Under the pieces are notes generated by a model, which saw only the letters and a program-made list of their open reading frames with translations, had not been told where the DNA came from and searched no databases. A stretch of 63,955 nucleotides of DNA, filler included. It is 9 parts of 9 records of this genome, joined end to end, with 100 filler letters (N's around TTAATTAATTAA, not from the genome) between each part and the next. Parts side by side here need not be neighbours in the genome. Positions count along the whole stretch, not along the records: positions 40,793 to 47,080 come from SRR31147125_71820; positions 47,181 to 53,080 come from SRR31147125_71893; positions 53,181 to 58,721 come from SRR31147125_71945; 6 more parts are not named here. One strand, 5' to 3'. This document shows positions 42,976-53,700 of the stretch, one piece after another; position 1 is the stretch's first letter, and each line of letters begins with the position of its first letter. A program made the translations under genes and the position numbers.

Positions 42976-43899
42976 GTGGAACTTTATCAGCTCAAATCAT
43001 TCATCGTCATCGCTCAGGTACAAAACCTGACAAAAGCCGCCGAATCCCTGCACCTGAGCCCGTCGGCCCTTTCATCTCAAATCAAAGCCCTGGAAGAAGA
43101 GTTGCGGGTGCGGCTTTTCCGGCGCACGGCCCGGGGTATGGTGCTAACGGAAGCGGGCGAAATGCTTCTGTCCCACTCCCGGGAGGTCATCGAAGCATCG
43201 GAGAGGTTGCGTCAGAAAGCCATGGCCTTGAACCAGGAAGGGAGCGAGTCGGTGACCATCGGCCTCAATGCTGATCCGTCTTTCCTCCGAACCGGAGCCA
43301 TCAACCGCAGGCTGACCCTGCTTCATTCCGACCTCAATGTGATTTTCCTGACCAGCCAGACCGTTGATACCGGCCGGATGCTGCGCCAGGGACAGATCGA
43401 CATCGGTTTCTTTTACGGAACTTCGACGGAAGCCGACCTCGAAGACACCGTCATAAGCCATGTCAACGTCTGCCTGGCGATTCCCACCCCACTGCTTCCC
43501 GCCGAAAAAACATTCGGATGGCCTGAGGTTGCCGCCCTGCCGTGGATATGGGTCGCCAACAACTGCCCCTTTTACCGTCTGCTGATGGAAACCCTGGAGC
43601 GCCACAATGTTCTCCCCAACAAGGCGGTCACAACGGTCGACGAGCAGATCGTGAAGGAGTTGGTCAAGGATGGCCAGGGTGTGGCCCTCATGCGGGAAGA
43701 CGAGGCGCTGCCTCTGAATGAGAAGGGTGTCGTGCAGATCTGGGAAAAGGGCCGGATGACCATTCCCTTGCGTCTCGTCTGGTTGAAGGAAAAAAGGCGC
43801 AAGAGACGGGTTCAGGCAACCCGGGACTCCATCCTCCATGTCTGGAAGCAGGAAGATGGTGAAATGCAGGAGGAACACACCGGCAAGTTTTGGATGTGA
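42976..43899 (+). CDS. LysR family transcriptional regulator
   Basis: NLTKAAESLHLSPSALSSQIKALEEEL...LFRRTARGMVLTEAG. Confidence 0.93.
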   Translation: MELYQLKSFIVIAQVQNLTKAAESLHLSPSALSSQIKALEEELRVRLFRRTARGMVLTEAGEMLLSHSREVIEASERLRQKAMALNQEGSESVTIGLNADPSFLRTGAINRRLTLLHSDLNVIFLTSQTVDTGRMLRQGQIDIGFFYGTSTEADLEDTVISHVNVCLAIPTPLLPAEKTFGWPEVAALPWIWVANNCPFYRLLMETLERHNVLPNKAVTTVDEQIVKELVKDGQGVALMREDEALPLNEKGVVQIWEKGRMTIPLRLVWLKEKRRKRRVQATRDSILHVWKQEDGEMQEEHTGKFWM

Positions 43900-43981
43900 T
43901 CGCCGGTGTGGCAAAGGCGCCATAGCCTGTTGGGACCTGTCGGATATTTGAAAAGCAGTCGGGATACTTTGCTGACTGTTT

Positions 43982-45292
43982 TCAGCTTAGTTTCAGGCGA
44001 TGATTGCGGGCGATGTGCTCAATTTTCTTTTCCGGCACTCCGGCCTGGCGGGCAAATTCAGGCCACCCGGCCACTGCATCGCGGATGGCGTCGATAATTT
44101 CCAGCGGTTTGGAAATGCTGATCGAATCCCCTACGACAACCAGATCAGAGATGAGGAAATGGTCGCGTTTACCGTTAACGCTCATCTGATGCGAGTTGGT
44201 CCACTTGCCCGCCGGGTTGTGGGAATAGGTGACGTCAAAAGCGGGGGACAATGCCCAGCGCCCCTCCCGATTCATCATAAAAGCGATATTTTTGGTGTGA
44301 TCGTCCTGATTGCGGGCAATGACGTTAAAAAGCATGCGTCGATACTGCTGTATCGCATCCGCCTTGCTCAGGTGCAGCCTACGCATGACTGAGAAAACCT
44401 GCTCATAAGCGTAGGCTCCGGCCCGATTGAAATCGTAATGAGCCAGGCCGCACAATGACTGCAGATGCAGCTTACGGCCGTTGCAACGATCAAAACGTCT
44501 GGTCAGAAAATGCGCCCGCCCTTCCTCTTCGAGGAGCCGGCATTCGCTCATCTCGATCCCGGCGGCCTGCGCCATCAGATGATAGGCATACTCGATACGC
44601 CCGTAGCCTTGCGGCTCACCCAGTTCGATATCCGTAACGCCGTCGAATTTAAGGATCCAGTAGTCATAGCCGTCGGGAACCTCGGCCTGCCCGGAGATCA
44701 CCTTGCCATCTCCGTTCATGGCGATAACCGCCTTCGGCCGTGCCCCTCCTGCCGAAGTCCCAACCCGCAGAATATCGAAAATAGCCTCGGCATTCCCTTT
44801 TTGCGAGCCGTCGAAACCGGTGTCGAGCTGCAGGCGCCGGGACATGACCTCCTGCGCCAGACCGACAAGTTCGGCGATTTCCACCGGGACCGCACGCTCG
44901 AAGCGACGATCCACCGGCGGTGCGAACTCCAGCGCCCCCATGCCGCGGCTTCCCGTATAGCAGAGACGCTCCACCGGACTGAAACTGCCGGCGTCACGGC
45001 CCTGGCGTGTCAGCCAGGCATCGATGATGCTGTTACCGAATTTATCGGGAAGGGCATCCGCCAGCAGGCCGGGGAGTCCCAGGAAGGTCTCCCGGCTGAG
45101 ACTCGGGAACGAAAAGATAGCCTCCCCGCGGGCGTCGTTCAACCCCATGTGCAGCGGGGAAATATCAAGCCCCTTTTCGAGAAAAGCGGGAGCGAATTCA
45201 AAAACCGCGTAACCACGATCCTCCAGCCAGGAGACGGCACCAACCTCGTCCCCCCAGAGTTTGACAACCGCCGTATCGACCTTTTTCACCAT
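43982..45292 (-). CDS. hipA: HipA-family kinase toxin
   Basis: LADALPDKFGN, SAGGARPKA, RRFDR, NQDDHTKN, LSPAFD. Confidence 0.92.
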   Translation of the reverse strand: MVKKVDTAVVKLWGDEVGAVSWLEDRGYAVFEFAPAFLEKGLDISPLHMGLNDARGEAIFSFPSLSRETFLGLPGLLADALPDKFGNSIIDAWLTRQGRDAGSFSPVERLCYTGSRGMGALEFAPPVDRRFERAVPVEIAELVGLAQEVMSRRLQLDTGFDGSQKGNAEAIFDILRVGTSAGGARPKAVIAMNGDGKVISGQAEVPDGYDYWILKFDGVTDIELGEPQGYGRIEYAYHLMAQAAGIEMSECRLLEEEGRAHFLTRRFDRCNGRKLHLQSLCGLAHYDFNRAGAYAYEQVFSVMRRLHLSKADAIQQYRRMLFNVIARNQDDHTKNIAFMMNREGRWALSPAFDVTYSHNPAGKWTNSHQMSVNGKRDHFLISDLVVVGDSISISKPLEIIDAIRDAVAGWPEFARQAGVPEKKIEHIARNHRLKLS

Positions 45293-45618
45293 TCAGAATT
45301 TTCCTCTCCACTCTCCTTGGCCCGCTTACCCGAGGCCCTTTGCCGAACCTTTCCCTGCTGCCTGGCAAGCTGCAGTGGGCTGATGGTAGTTTCCGGCATT
45401 AGGTTATCGAGTTCATCCAGCGCCTGCAATTCACGCAGCACGGCAATGAGAGAGGATAGCTTACCCCTGCCCGCTTCCAGGGACTTGATGGTATTGAGAG
45501 ATAACGCGGCTGCTTCCGCCACCTGCTGCTGGGTCAGGTTGCGACGCAAGCGCAGCGACCTGAGGCGACGGCCGATCTCGGCCTCGATTCCTTTATCCGC
45601 CATTGAGTAGAAATTCAT
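45286..45618 (-). CDS. hipB: HipB-like XRE HTH antitoxin
   Basis: RLRRNLTQQQVAEAAALSLNTIKSLEAG; overlaps the hipA start. Confidence 0.85.
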   Translation of the reverse strand: MNFYSMADKGIEAEIGRRLRSLRLRRNLTQQQVAEAAALSLNTIKSLEAGRGKLSSLIAVLRELQALDELDNLMPETTISPLQLARQQGKVRQRASGKRAKESGEENSEW

Positions 45619-45978
45619 AACAGCCTTTTTAATACCTAATAAGACAAAAATTGGCCGCAAAGGATGAATAAAGGTCTATTATAAACAAAAAAAACACAAA
45701 ACCAAATCGTTTTCATTAAAAGGCCTTTTTTTGACCTTTATTGTCCATAATTGCAAACAATAGACTTTTAAAGGCCTATTAAAAACAAGACTCTAGCAGC
45801 CGCAAAAAATCGGGGGACCACTACCGGATAGTAACTTTTCCCTCAATTCCAAACGATCAATAACAAAAGGCCCAAACTGATTTCAAAATCGGACCTTTAA
45901 AAGGCTGAAAAATATGTGAACATTTGAAAAGACGGCAGAAGAAATATAAGGACAAAGACTCCGTTTCCGGTCGCCTAA

Positions 45979-46467
45979 CTAATTACCACCCGCCGCAGAT
46001 GTGATAATTTGATGGATTAATGACTTGTTTTTATTGAACTCTTCTCTGGTAGTGACAAAATTCAAAGAAATGAATACGTCCTTGACCTCAATACAACTTA
46101 CCACGTAAAAAGTCGCTTGTGTTTCACCTGGCCAAACGCCTTCAAACTCCTGATAAAACGCTGTCAGTGAGCCATTATCAAGCTGGACTTTCTCTCCCAT
46201 CGGTCTATAGAATTTCTGAACTGCCTTGAGCCGGAAAATAAAAAACTCTCTCAGCGGTCCTTTCTTTTGCCAGACTCCGCCGGAAATAGAGACCGAATCA
46301 TCGGGTGAGCTGATTGATAAAAATCCCGGATATTCGTTTTGAGTCCATCCGGATGGGGCTTGAACGGAAAAGGCTTTGTCAGGCCCGAAATATCTGGACA
46401 CATCATCGGCAGCGTAAAGGTTCATCGCCTGTCCGACGAGCAAAAATATTAGCAGTATTTTCCTCAT
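45979..46467 (-). CDS. Hypothetical exported protein
   Basis: Signal peptide; FSVQAPSGW motif reminiscent of PsbP/DcrB-like folds. Confidence 0.55.
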   Translation of the reverse strand: MRKILLIFLLVGQAMNLYAADDVSRYFGPDKAFSVQAPSGWTQNEYPGFLSISSPDDSVSISGGVWQKKGPLREFFIFRLKAVQKFYRPMGEKVQLDNGSLTAFYQEFEGVWPGETQATFYVVSCIEVKDVFISLNFVTTREEFNKNKSLIHQIITSAAGGN

Positions 46468-46482
46468 AGTTCACCAGCAAGT

Positions 46483-47031
46483 TCAAGGATAGAGGAACTC
46501 GTGAGCCTTGAAATCATCGTGGGCTGCAGGCGTTATCTTGTAATGGAATCGGCGCTTGAACACCTGCCCCGTCTCCTTATTTTCCCTGTCCAGAATGAAA
46601 TGGTATTCGGATAAAACCCCATCCTTTACTACGAAGTACTCCTTTTCCCATGCAACAAACCTTTGGGCAGGTTCCTTCTGGCCGTATTCCCTGTTCTCCA
46701 GCCAGATTGTCTTGCCTTCCTGCGGCAGGCGGTCATGACCCGCTACTCTTCGTGCAGTATACAACAATGAGCCCACTTTTGCGTCGGGAAATTCGGCCCG
46801 CCAAAGAACCAGCCCAATCTGATCGGACGCTATACCGTGGAACGTTCCCTCTACCGGTTCAATGAAGCGAATGTCCCGGCACGGGTTGTCCAGGCCCTCA
46901 CTACATTCACACTCCGAGTCAACGACCTCATACAAACCGACGTATTTTGCCAGATTGCAGTGGGACATTGAGCAGGAGCAACAGGACAAAAAAAGGACGG
47001 ACTGAATTAAGAAGAGGAGCTTCTTCATCAA
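46483..47031 (-). CDS. Hypothetical exported/lipoprotein
   Basis: Hydrophobic N-terminus with a Cys cluster; GGGAG RBS. Confidence 0.55.
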   Translation of the reverse strand: MMKKLLFLIQSVLFLSCCSCSMSHCNLAKYVGLYEVVDSECECSEGLDNPCRDIRFIEPVEGTFHGIASDQIGLVLWRAEFPDAKVGSLLYTARRVAGHDRLPQEGKTIWLENREYGQKEPAQRFVAWEKEYFVVKDGVLSEYHFILDRENKETGQVFKRRFHYKITPAAHDDFKAHEFLYP

Positions 47032-47180
47032 TTCTCCCTGAGGTAAAGTTTTTTCCTTTCCCGATGAAAAGGCTTATTTCNNNNNNNNNNNNNNNNNNNN
47101 NNNNNNNNNNNNNNNNNNNNNNNNTTAATTAATTAANNNNNNNNNNNNNNNNNNNNNNNNNNNNNNNNNNNNNNNNNNNN

Positions 47181-47864
47181 GGGGCGGTGTAAATGCCCCA
47201 GTGCAATATAATCGAAAACTTCAGGAAAATCGTCGGCACCAATATCGCCCAAATTACCAATGTAAATTGTTTTTTCGCTGTCAGAAGTTGTTCCGCCGAT
47301 AGCAAATAAATGTCCCATGGCAATACGCAGTGCATTGCTGTCATCTTTTTTCACACAACCTGCAATTTCGGAATAATGATTAACCAGGGCCTTTTTATAG
47401 CGGTCGCCAATCTCGTCAAATGTTTCGCCACTCACGGCTTTTCGTATATCCTGATCGCGCAGGTAAGGCACGGCAGCCACAATAATTTTTTCGTTGCCGT
47501 TGGTAATTTTCACAATTTCATCCTCGATATTTTCCGTGGCTTTTCCAATTACCTTTATAGAAAGCAATTCCAACAAATCTTTTGGGGCATTCAGGGTGCC
47601 CGGGGCATCGTGGTTACCGCCTGTTATTACAACACTTTTACATTGCGTTTGCTGAAGGTTTACAAGAAAGCGGTAATACAATTGCAAGCTTTGGTTAGAA
47701 GGTGCTCCGGTATCGAAAATATCGCCGGAAACCAATAATACATCTATGGCATTTTCAACAATAAATTTTTTTAACCAATCTAAAAAACGCGACTGCTCTT
47801 CGAATTGCGATTGTTCTAAAAGCCGATGCCCTAAGTGCCAATCTGATGTATGTAATATTTTCAT
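47181..47864 (-). CDS. sbcD: Exonuclease SbcCD subunit D, truncated at contig end
   Basis: HTSDWHLG, SGDIFD, GGNHD, GHLF, YIALGHLH. Confidence 0.93.
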
Positions 47865-47941
47865 AAATTTAAATTCCTTTACTTCCCGCGGAAATATTTC
47901 TGTTTTTGGGCTGACTAAATTAGAAAAAACGAGAGAAATAT

Positions 47942-48781
47942 TTAACTAATTTTCAATCCGGGCAAATCAATAAAATAAGCACTCCATCCGCCGTATATGC
48001 TTGGCTGAAATTTAAAGCATGCGTCTCCCTTAAACTCAATCGTTTCATTGCTTTTTTCAAATAGGCCCCTGTATTCAATGTAAAAATCAATTCGGGCATC
48101 GGTCTCTTCAGAGTTTAGTTTAATGTCCTTTATTTCCGTTTTTACAATCTCAAACGAATCGAACGAAGCAAGGAAATTATTAATACTGGTTTCCACCTTT
48201 TCCTTTTCAACTTTATTCCCATTCGCATCAATATAGTTTTCCTTATCAACATATAGCAAATCGTATCCTTTGCCGCCAATATTTTCCATTTTGGCCATGG
48301 TCATCCTCCAAAAATAATCGAAGGCCTCTTCTACATCGTATTTGGCATTCGGATGAAATTCTTCGTAAATAAAGCACGACATCATTCCCGGAACATTAAT
48401 ATTGTCCGTTTCGTAAGGAAACAATTCTTCGGTTATAAAACGATAAAGTTCCTGCTCTTCAACTTCGCACAAAGTATCTAACGACACCCCTCCATTTTGC
48501 ATTATTTCGAATAAGCGTTTAAGTTCTGCCGAAATCTCATCAGTTTTCAGCTCCTCAGTTTTCAGAAACTCAGGTTTGCCAATTTTTTCAAAAACAGTTA
48601 TTTGTCCGGCGTTTTCAAATTGCTCTTCAAAAGATTCAATATTTTTCAACCATTGGCCTTCCAATTCGGGTTCGAGTTCATTGTGCGTATTAAAAGTTGC
48701 GCCGAATTTTTCTTCCAGCTCCTTTTTCTTCAATTCGTTATCAATTCTTTTGTCAAGATTTTCGTTTGATTCTTTTGTCAT
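47942..48781 (-). CDS. Conserved hypothetical acidic protein
   Basis: 279-aa ORF with consistent codon usage; FIYEEFHPN block. Confidence 0.65.
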   Translation of the reverse strand: MTKESNENLDKRIDNELKKKELEEKFGATFNTHNELEPELEGQWLKNIESFEEQFENAGQITVFEKIGKPEFLKTEELKTDEISAELKRLFEIMQNGGVSLDTLCEVEEQELYRFITEELFPYETDNINVPGMMSCFIYEEFHPNAKYDVEEAFDYFWRMTMAKMENIGGKGYDLLYVDKENYIDANGNKVEKEKVETSINNFLASFDSFEIVKTEIKDIKLNSEETDARIDFYIEYRGLFEKSNETIEFKGDACFKFQPSIYGGWSAYFIDLPGLKIS

Positions 48782-49028
48782 TGGTTAATCGCGTTTGGTT
48801 TACTTCTATAAAATTAGATAGAATTATCAAGAAACACTATTTTTTTGTTGGCACTTCCCATTCAAATTGCCACCAACGCCCTACTCCATTTATTCCGGTT
48901 CCTTTTGCAATTTGGGCTTTAAGAATTAAAATGCCGAACACCCAAAATAATCACCTAAAAACAAAAAGCGCCTGACATAAATGCCAAGCGCCTCTCTTTA
49001 AAAATATAATAAACTGTTCCTAAATAAT

Positions 49029-50042
49029 CTAGTTATCTTCGTCGTATTCTTCTTCAGGATCGAATGCCCAAATGTCATCGAAATAGTAACTCGAACTTCT
49101 TCCGGTTGTTACATATCCATAATTACCAATTGCAAAACCAACAGCTTCGGTTCTTGATGAGCACTCAATAGATGTTTTTTCTACCCATAAATCTTCTTGA
49201 GGATCGTATTCCCAGGTAGTGCTAAGCATAGAACCGGTACTTCCTGTTGTTATGTAACCTAATCCATTAATGTTAAAAGCAACACCATTAATACGGGCAA
49301 TGCTTGTGTAATCGTCATCGAAGTCATCATCGTCATCGTCATCCGAGATATTACGCATTTCAGTCCACAAACCTGTAGAAGGGTCATATTCCCATAAATC
49401 ATCTTCATATACACCGTTATCAAGTCCTGAAACAACATAAGCTTTACCGTCAATTACAAATGCTGCCGCATCACGTCGTTTCGAGCCACCAATACTAATA
49501 ATCTGCTCCCAGGTATCGGTAGCAGGAGTATAAGAATAAAAGTCTTTCAGGTAGTTTCCATCGTAACCTGTTCCTACGTATCCAATTCCGTTAACCGAGA
49601 ATGCAACGGCACCATAACGCGCACCTCCTGCAAAATCAGTTTTTTGCTCCCAGCTATCTGTTGCCGGATCGTACTCCCAAAAATCAGCTAATTCGTCTTC
49701 TCCGTCATAACCGGTTCCAACATATCCTTTACCGTCTGCGGCAAAAGCAACAGCACCATTCCTTGCATCTCCGGGGAATTCAGCAATTTCCTGCCAATAA
49801 TTATTGTCAGGATTGTATTTCCAAAAATCACTTAAACGATCATCGCCATCGTAACCAAAACCGACATATGCCTCATCGTTAATTACAAAACAAACAGCGT
49901 CGCTTCGGGGTACACCGTCAAAATCAGAAAGTTCCCAATAGTCACCATCATCAATATCATCATCGTCGTCGCTGCACGAAACAAACGTGACCATTGCTAA
50001 AAATAAAAAAATTAATAAAAAGCTTTTTTCTGTCTTCATCAT
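49029..50042 (-). CDS. Kelch-repeat lipoprotein
   Basis: FVSC lipobox; repeated R..AVAF...GYVGTG...DFWEYDP...W blades. Confidence 0.9.
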   Translation of the reverse strand: MMKTEKSFLLIFLFLAMVTFVSCSDDDDDIDDGDYWELSDFDGVPRSDAVCFVINDEAYVGFGYDGDDRLSDFWKYNPDNNYWQEIAEFPGDARNGAVAFAADGKGYVGTGYDGEDELADFWEYDPATDSWEQKTDFAGGARYGAVAFSVNGIGYVGTGYDGNYLKDFYSYTPATDTWEQIISIGGSKRRDAAAFVIDGKAYVVSGLDNGVYEDDLWEYDPSTGLWTEMRNISDDDDDDDFDDDYTSIARINGVAFNINGLGYITTGSTGSMLSTTWEYDPQEDLWVEKTSIECSSRTEAVGFAIGNYGYVTTGRSSSYYFDDIWAFDPEEEYDEDN

Positions 50043-50321
50043 GACTTATAATAATTATAAATTGTTTACAACTTTCTCGCAAACCTAAAGCACCTTTTAA
50101 TCATTAGAAAGGAATTTGGACAATAAGGCCAAAAGCATAGATGAATCGACGATTTCTATCGCTGAACCGAACAAAATTTCTGATTCACGTCTATTCTTTG
50201 GTTAAAAAGGCTTAAAAGAAAGACAAATTCACCACTCGTCTTGAAGAATGCCCCATTGGTATATATTCTTTTCCCAGTCAACATTTCTTTTCTTCATTTG
50301 AGCTGAAAACAGAAAATTAAG

Positions 50322-51638
50322 ATGAAGAAAAAAGCAATTATTGGCCTGTTGGGTTGGTTATTTTTATTGTCGTGTAGTGATGACGAAACGTTAATGGTTT
50401 CGCTTGGCGATAATTTTATTAATAACCAAACATCGGTTTCACTGGTTGACACGATTTCGGTTTCTATGTCTACCATTAAAATCGACTCGCTGGCAACATC
50501 TGAAAGCACTTATTTATTAGCAGGAAGTTATACAAATGACTATTTAGGGAAAGTTTCGTCAACCGCGTATGCACAGATTAGTATGCCAACCAGTGTATCC
50601 ATTGACGACGATGAGATTTTCGACTCGATTGTAATTCGACTAGACTACAGCGGATACGCTTATGGAGATACATTATTACCACAAACGTTAAAGGTTTACG
50701 AAGTGCTGGAAGAAATTGAACCCGGCGACAATTACGACGACGAACCTTACCTGTTTAATGTAACAGACTTTGCGTACGACGATACGCCTTTGGGTTCTGT
50801 TACTGTTACTCCACGCCCCAACCAACGCGACACGTTACAAATAAAACTGTCTGACGAACTGGGGCTCGAATTTCTAGAATTGCTTAGAGACGATGATGAC
50901 GAAATCGATTCTGACGACGATTTTTGGGATTACTTTGAAGGCATAGCAATAGTTCCCGGTGATGAAAACAACTCAATACTCAGTTTTATTGCCGATTCAA
51001 GTCTGCAAATACAGCTTTATACTCACGTTGTTGATGAATTCAAAATTGAAAACCAATATAAATTTACATATTCTTCATCCAATAATCATTACAATAAAAT
51101 TAGCAGCGATGTAACAGGTACCGGACTAGAGTCACTCACTGAACAAAGCTTGTCGCTATCTTCGGAAGAACTAAACGACATGGCTTTTTTACAAGCCGGC
51201 ACAGGATATGTTACCCGCTTAGATTTTCCGGGAATTAGTAAAGTATTAGAGGTTGAGCTTAAAAATATTCTATATAAAGCAGAACTGGTATTAAAACCTG
51301 TTCCGGGAAGTTACAAACAAGATGAGCTACCCCAAAATCTGACTCTTTATTACACAGACAAAAACAACAATCTGGTTTCAGAAGTTACCGATGACGATGG
51401 TTATTCTCTTTCATGTACTTTTTATGAGGATGAATTTTATGGTGAAAACACATATTATGCCTTCGACATTACCGAATATATTTACGATGAATTAAGCGAT
51501 GGTTATGTTGACGAGGAAGACGGATTGATAGTACTGCTATCCGACCTTCAAAGTACAGTAGACAACGTTGTTTTCGATGCACGTACGGGTGATAAATACC
51601 GGCCGATGCTTAATCTTTATTATGTTTTTTATGAATAA
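50322..51638 (+). CDS. DUF4270-like lipoprotein
   Basis: LLSC lipobox, DTISVSMST, DSIVIRL..SGYAYGDT; usual partner of the kelch/FadL cluster in Bacteroidota. Confidence 0.72.
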   Translation: MKKKAIIGLLGWLFLLSCSDDETLMVSLGDNFINNQTSVSLVDTISVSMSTIKIDSLATSESTYLLAGSYTNDYLGKVSSTAYAQISMPTSVSIDDDEIFDSIVIRLDYSGYAYGDTLLPQTLKVYEVLEEIEPGDNYDDEPYLFNVTDFAYDDTPLGSVTVTPRPNQRDTLQIKLSDELGLEFLELLRDDDDEIDSDDDFWDYFEGIAIVPGDENNSILSFIADSSLQIQLYTHVVDEFKIENQYKFTYSSSNNHYNKISSDVTGTGLESLTEQSLSLSSEELNDMAFLQAGTGYVTRLDFPGISKVLEVELKNILYKAELVLKPVPGSYKQDELPQNLTLYYTDKNNNLVSEVTDDDGYSLSCTFYEDEFYGENTYYAFDITEYIYDELSDGYVDEEDGLIVLLSDLQSTVDNVVFDARTGDKYRPMLNLYYVFYE

Positions 51639-51663
51639 TCCATTTGGTTTTAATATAATTCTG

Positions 51664-52926
51664 ATGAATAAAAAAAGATATTTCAATTTTATACTAATCA
51701 TTGTTCTCGGTTTTGCGTTAACACCATCAATGGTAATGGCACAAAACACTGTTTCGCCTTACTCTATATTTGGCCCGGGAGAAATTCAATATGGCGGTTT
51801 CGGGGCCAGCCGTGGTATGGGAGGTGCCGGAATTGCACTTGAATCGGGCAATTACTTAAACAGTCTTAATCCGGCATCGTATACAGGCATAGATACCTTA
51901 CGAATTATTTCGGAATTTGGTTTGGAAGGAAAACTATACGATATAAGTACCAGTAGCCAATCGGTTTCGGGTTTCGAGGGTAACCTTGCTTATGTTGCTC
52001 TTGGTTTTAAATACACAAATTGGCTGGCCGGTTCGTTCGGAATGACCCCGTTTAGCAATGTTGGTTATTCAATTTACCGAACAAATTATGTTGAGGGAAT
52101 GAATTCTCAATACATTTCGAATTATGAAGGAAGTGGAGGAATAACACGTTTCTATTTTTCGAATGCAATTCGATTTCTGAAAAAATTATCTGTGGGTGTA
52201 AATATGTCGTACATGTTCGGCACACTAATACAGGAAGAATACATTACCGGCTCTTCAATTGTGCCTGATATGATGATAGAACGAAAAGATTATTTACGCA
52301 GCTTGTATTTCGACGTGGGACTTCAATACAAATTTAAGGTAGCAAATACCGATTGTTCATTCGGATTAACATATGCACCTGAACAGATCCTCGATTCGGA
52401 ACATATAGTTACCGCTTACGACGAAAGTTCTAATGCTGTTCAAACAGAAGAAGACACGGATGAAGACTACGAAGAACTTGTTGTTCCTCATTTATTTGGA
52501 GCCGGAATTGGTATTACAGGAGAAAGATATAAGCTGGCTTTAGATTACAACCTGCAACTATGGTCGGGAGTAGAATACCCAATACAGGCCGATGAATTTA
52601 AAAACTCGCACCGCTTTGCGCTTGGTCTTGAAGTGAATCCATGGGAACACAGGGCAATAAATGCAGGTTATAAAAACTGGACTTACCGAATGGGAGCAAG
52701 TTACGAATCGTCGTACTTAACATTTGGCAACACCACGCTTGATACTAAAGAAATTACACTTGGCGTAGGAATACCACTATACGGAGCGCTTTCAAATGTC
52801 GACTTTTCGATAACAGGAGGTACATACGGGACTACAGCTAATAACTTATCAAAAGAAAACTACCTTATTTTTAATGTAGGTTTCAGTTTAAATGAAATTG
52901 CATTTCTTAAGAGGGTTATCGATTAA
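51664..52926 (+). CDS. Outer membrane beta-barrel (FadL/OmpP1-like)
   Basis: SPYSIFGPGE, GMGGAGIA, NPASY, PFSNVGY, GSGGI. Confidence 0.8.
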   Translation: MNKKRYFNFILIIVLGFALTPSMVMAQNTVSPYSIFGPGEIQYGGFGASRGMGGAGIALESGNYLNSLNPASYTGIDTLRIISEFGLEGKLYDISTSSQSVSGFEGNLAYVALGFKYTNWLAGSFGMTPFSNVGYSIYRTNYVEGMNSQYISNYEGSGGITRFYFSNAIRFLKKLSVGVNMSYMFGTLIQEEYITGSSIVPDMMIERKDYLRSLYFDVGLQYKFKVANTDCSFGLTYAPEQILDSEHIVTAYDESSNAVQTEEDTDEDYEELVVPHLFGAGIGITGERYKLALDYNLQLWSGVEYPIQADEFKNSHRFALGLEVNPWEHRAINAGYKNWTYRMGASYESSYLTFGNTTLDTKEITLGVGIPLYGALSNVDFSITGGTYGTTANNLSKENYLIFNVGFSLNEIAFLKRVID

Positions 52927-52952
52927 TTGAACCTCGACAGTTTAGTTCGTAT

Positions 52953-52995
52953 AAAAAATCCGTTTTCTGCCAACTGGCGGAAAACGGATTTTTTT
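52953..52995 (+). terminator. Rho-independent terminator
   Basis: AAAAAATCCGTTTTCTGCCA-ac-TGGCGGAAAACGGATTTTTTT. Confidence 0.85.
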
Positions 52996-53180
52996 GATTA
53001 GCTCTTTCTTTTTTGCATTGGAACAACAATTTCCAAATTCATGGATCGAATTAAACTACTCCCCATCCTTAGACAACCATNNNNNNNNNNNNNNNNNNNN
53101 NNNNNNNNNNNNNNNNNNNNNNNNTTAATTAATTAANNNNNNNNNNNNNNNNNNNNNNNNNNNNNNNNNNNNNNNNNNNN

Positions 53181-53517
53181 CCATTGTTACGGGCAGTTCT
53201 ATTTTTTCGGAAAATCTTTTGGCGAACTCAAAATTCTTCCATTTAGGGAAATTGGGAGATTGCGTGATAATTCCACGCTTTGTGTCGATAACTCCTGCAA
53301 CTCCGATTCCAACGCCAACCATGGAATCAACACCGAATCCGGACATTGAAAGAACTTTTCTAAAAGCTTTTTCAGAAGCGTTTAGTATTCCTTCTTCCGT
53401 TTTGTCTTCTTCTTCCAGAAGGAGGATATGCTCTTCAAGCATGGTGCCTTTATCGGTTAGAAGTCCAAGCTTGAGGTTTGTTCCTCCAATATCGATTCCA
53501 ACACAAAGTGTAGTCAT
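53181..53517 (-). CDS. ROK family kinase (glucokinase-like), truncated
   Basis: GIDIGGTNLK, GVGIGVAGVID, SPNFP. Confidence 0.88.
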
Positions 53518-53664
53518 GGTTGATCCTTCCTGTGTATATAGAAACAGAATTATTTTATTAGCAATATATTCTAAATGTATCTCTCAAGTATCGTATTAGT
53601 CAAGAGCTTTTCGTTTTGGAGTTTCAAAAACTAAATCTTCTAACATGTTGGTTTGACAAAGAAA

Positions 53665-53692
53665 AAAGGCTCTCCACAGTTGGAGAGCCTTT
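53665..53692 (-). terminator. Rho-independent terminator
   Basis: AAAGGCTCTCCA-cagt-TGGAGAGCCTTT just past the stop of the Cys-rich gene, with a T-tract on the minus strand. Confidence 0.85.
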
Positions 53693-53700
53693 AGCCTATT

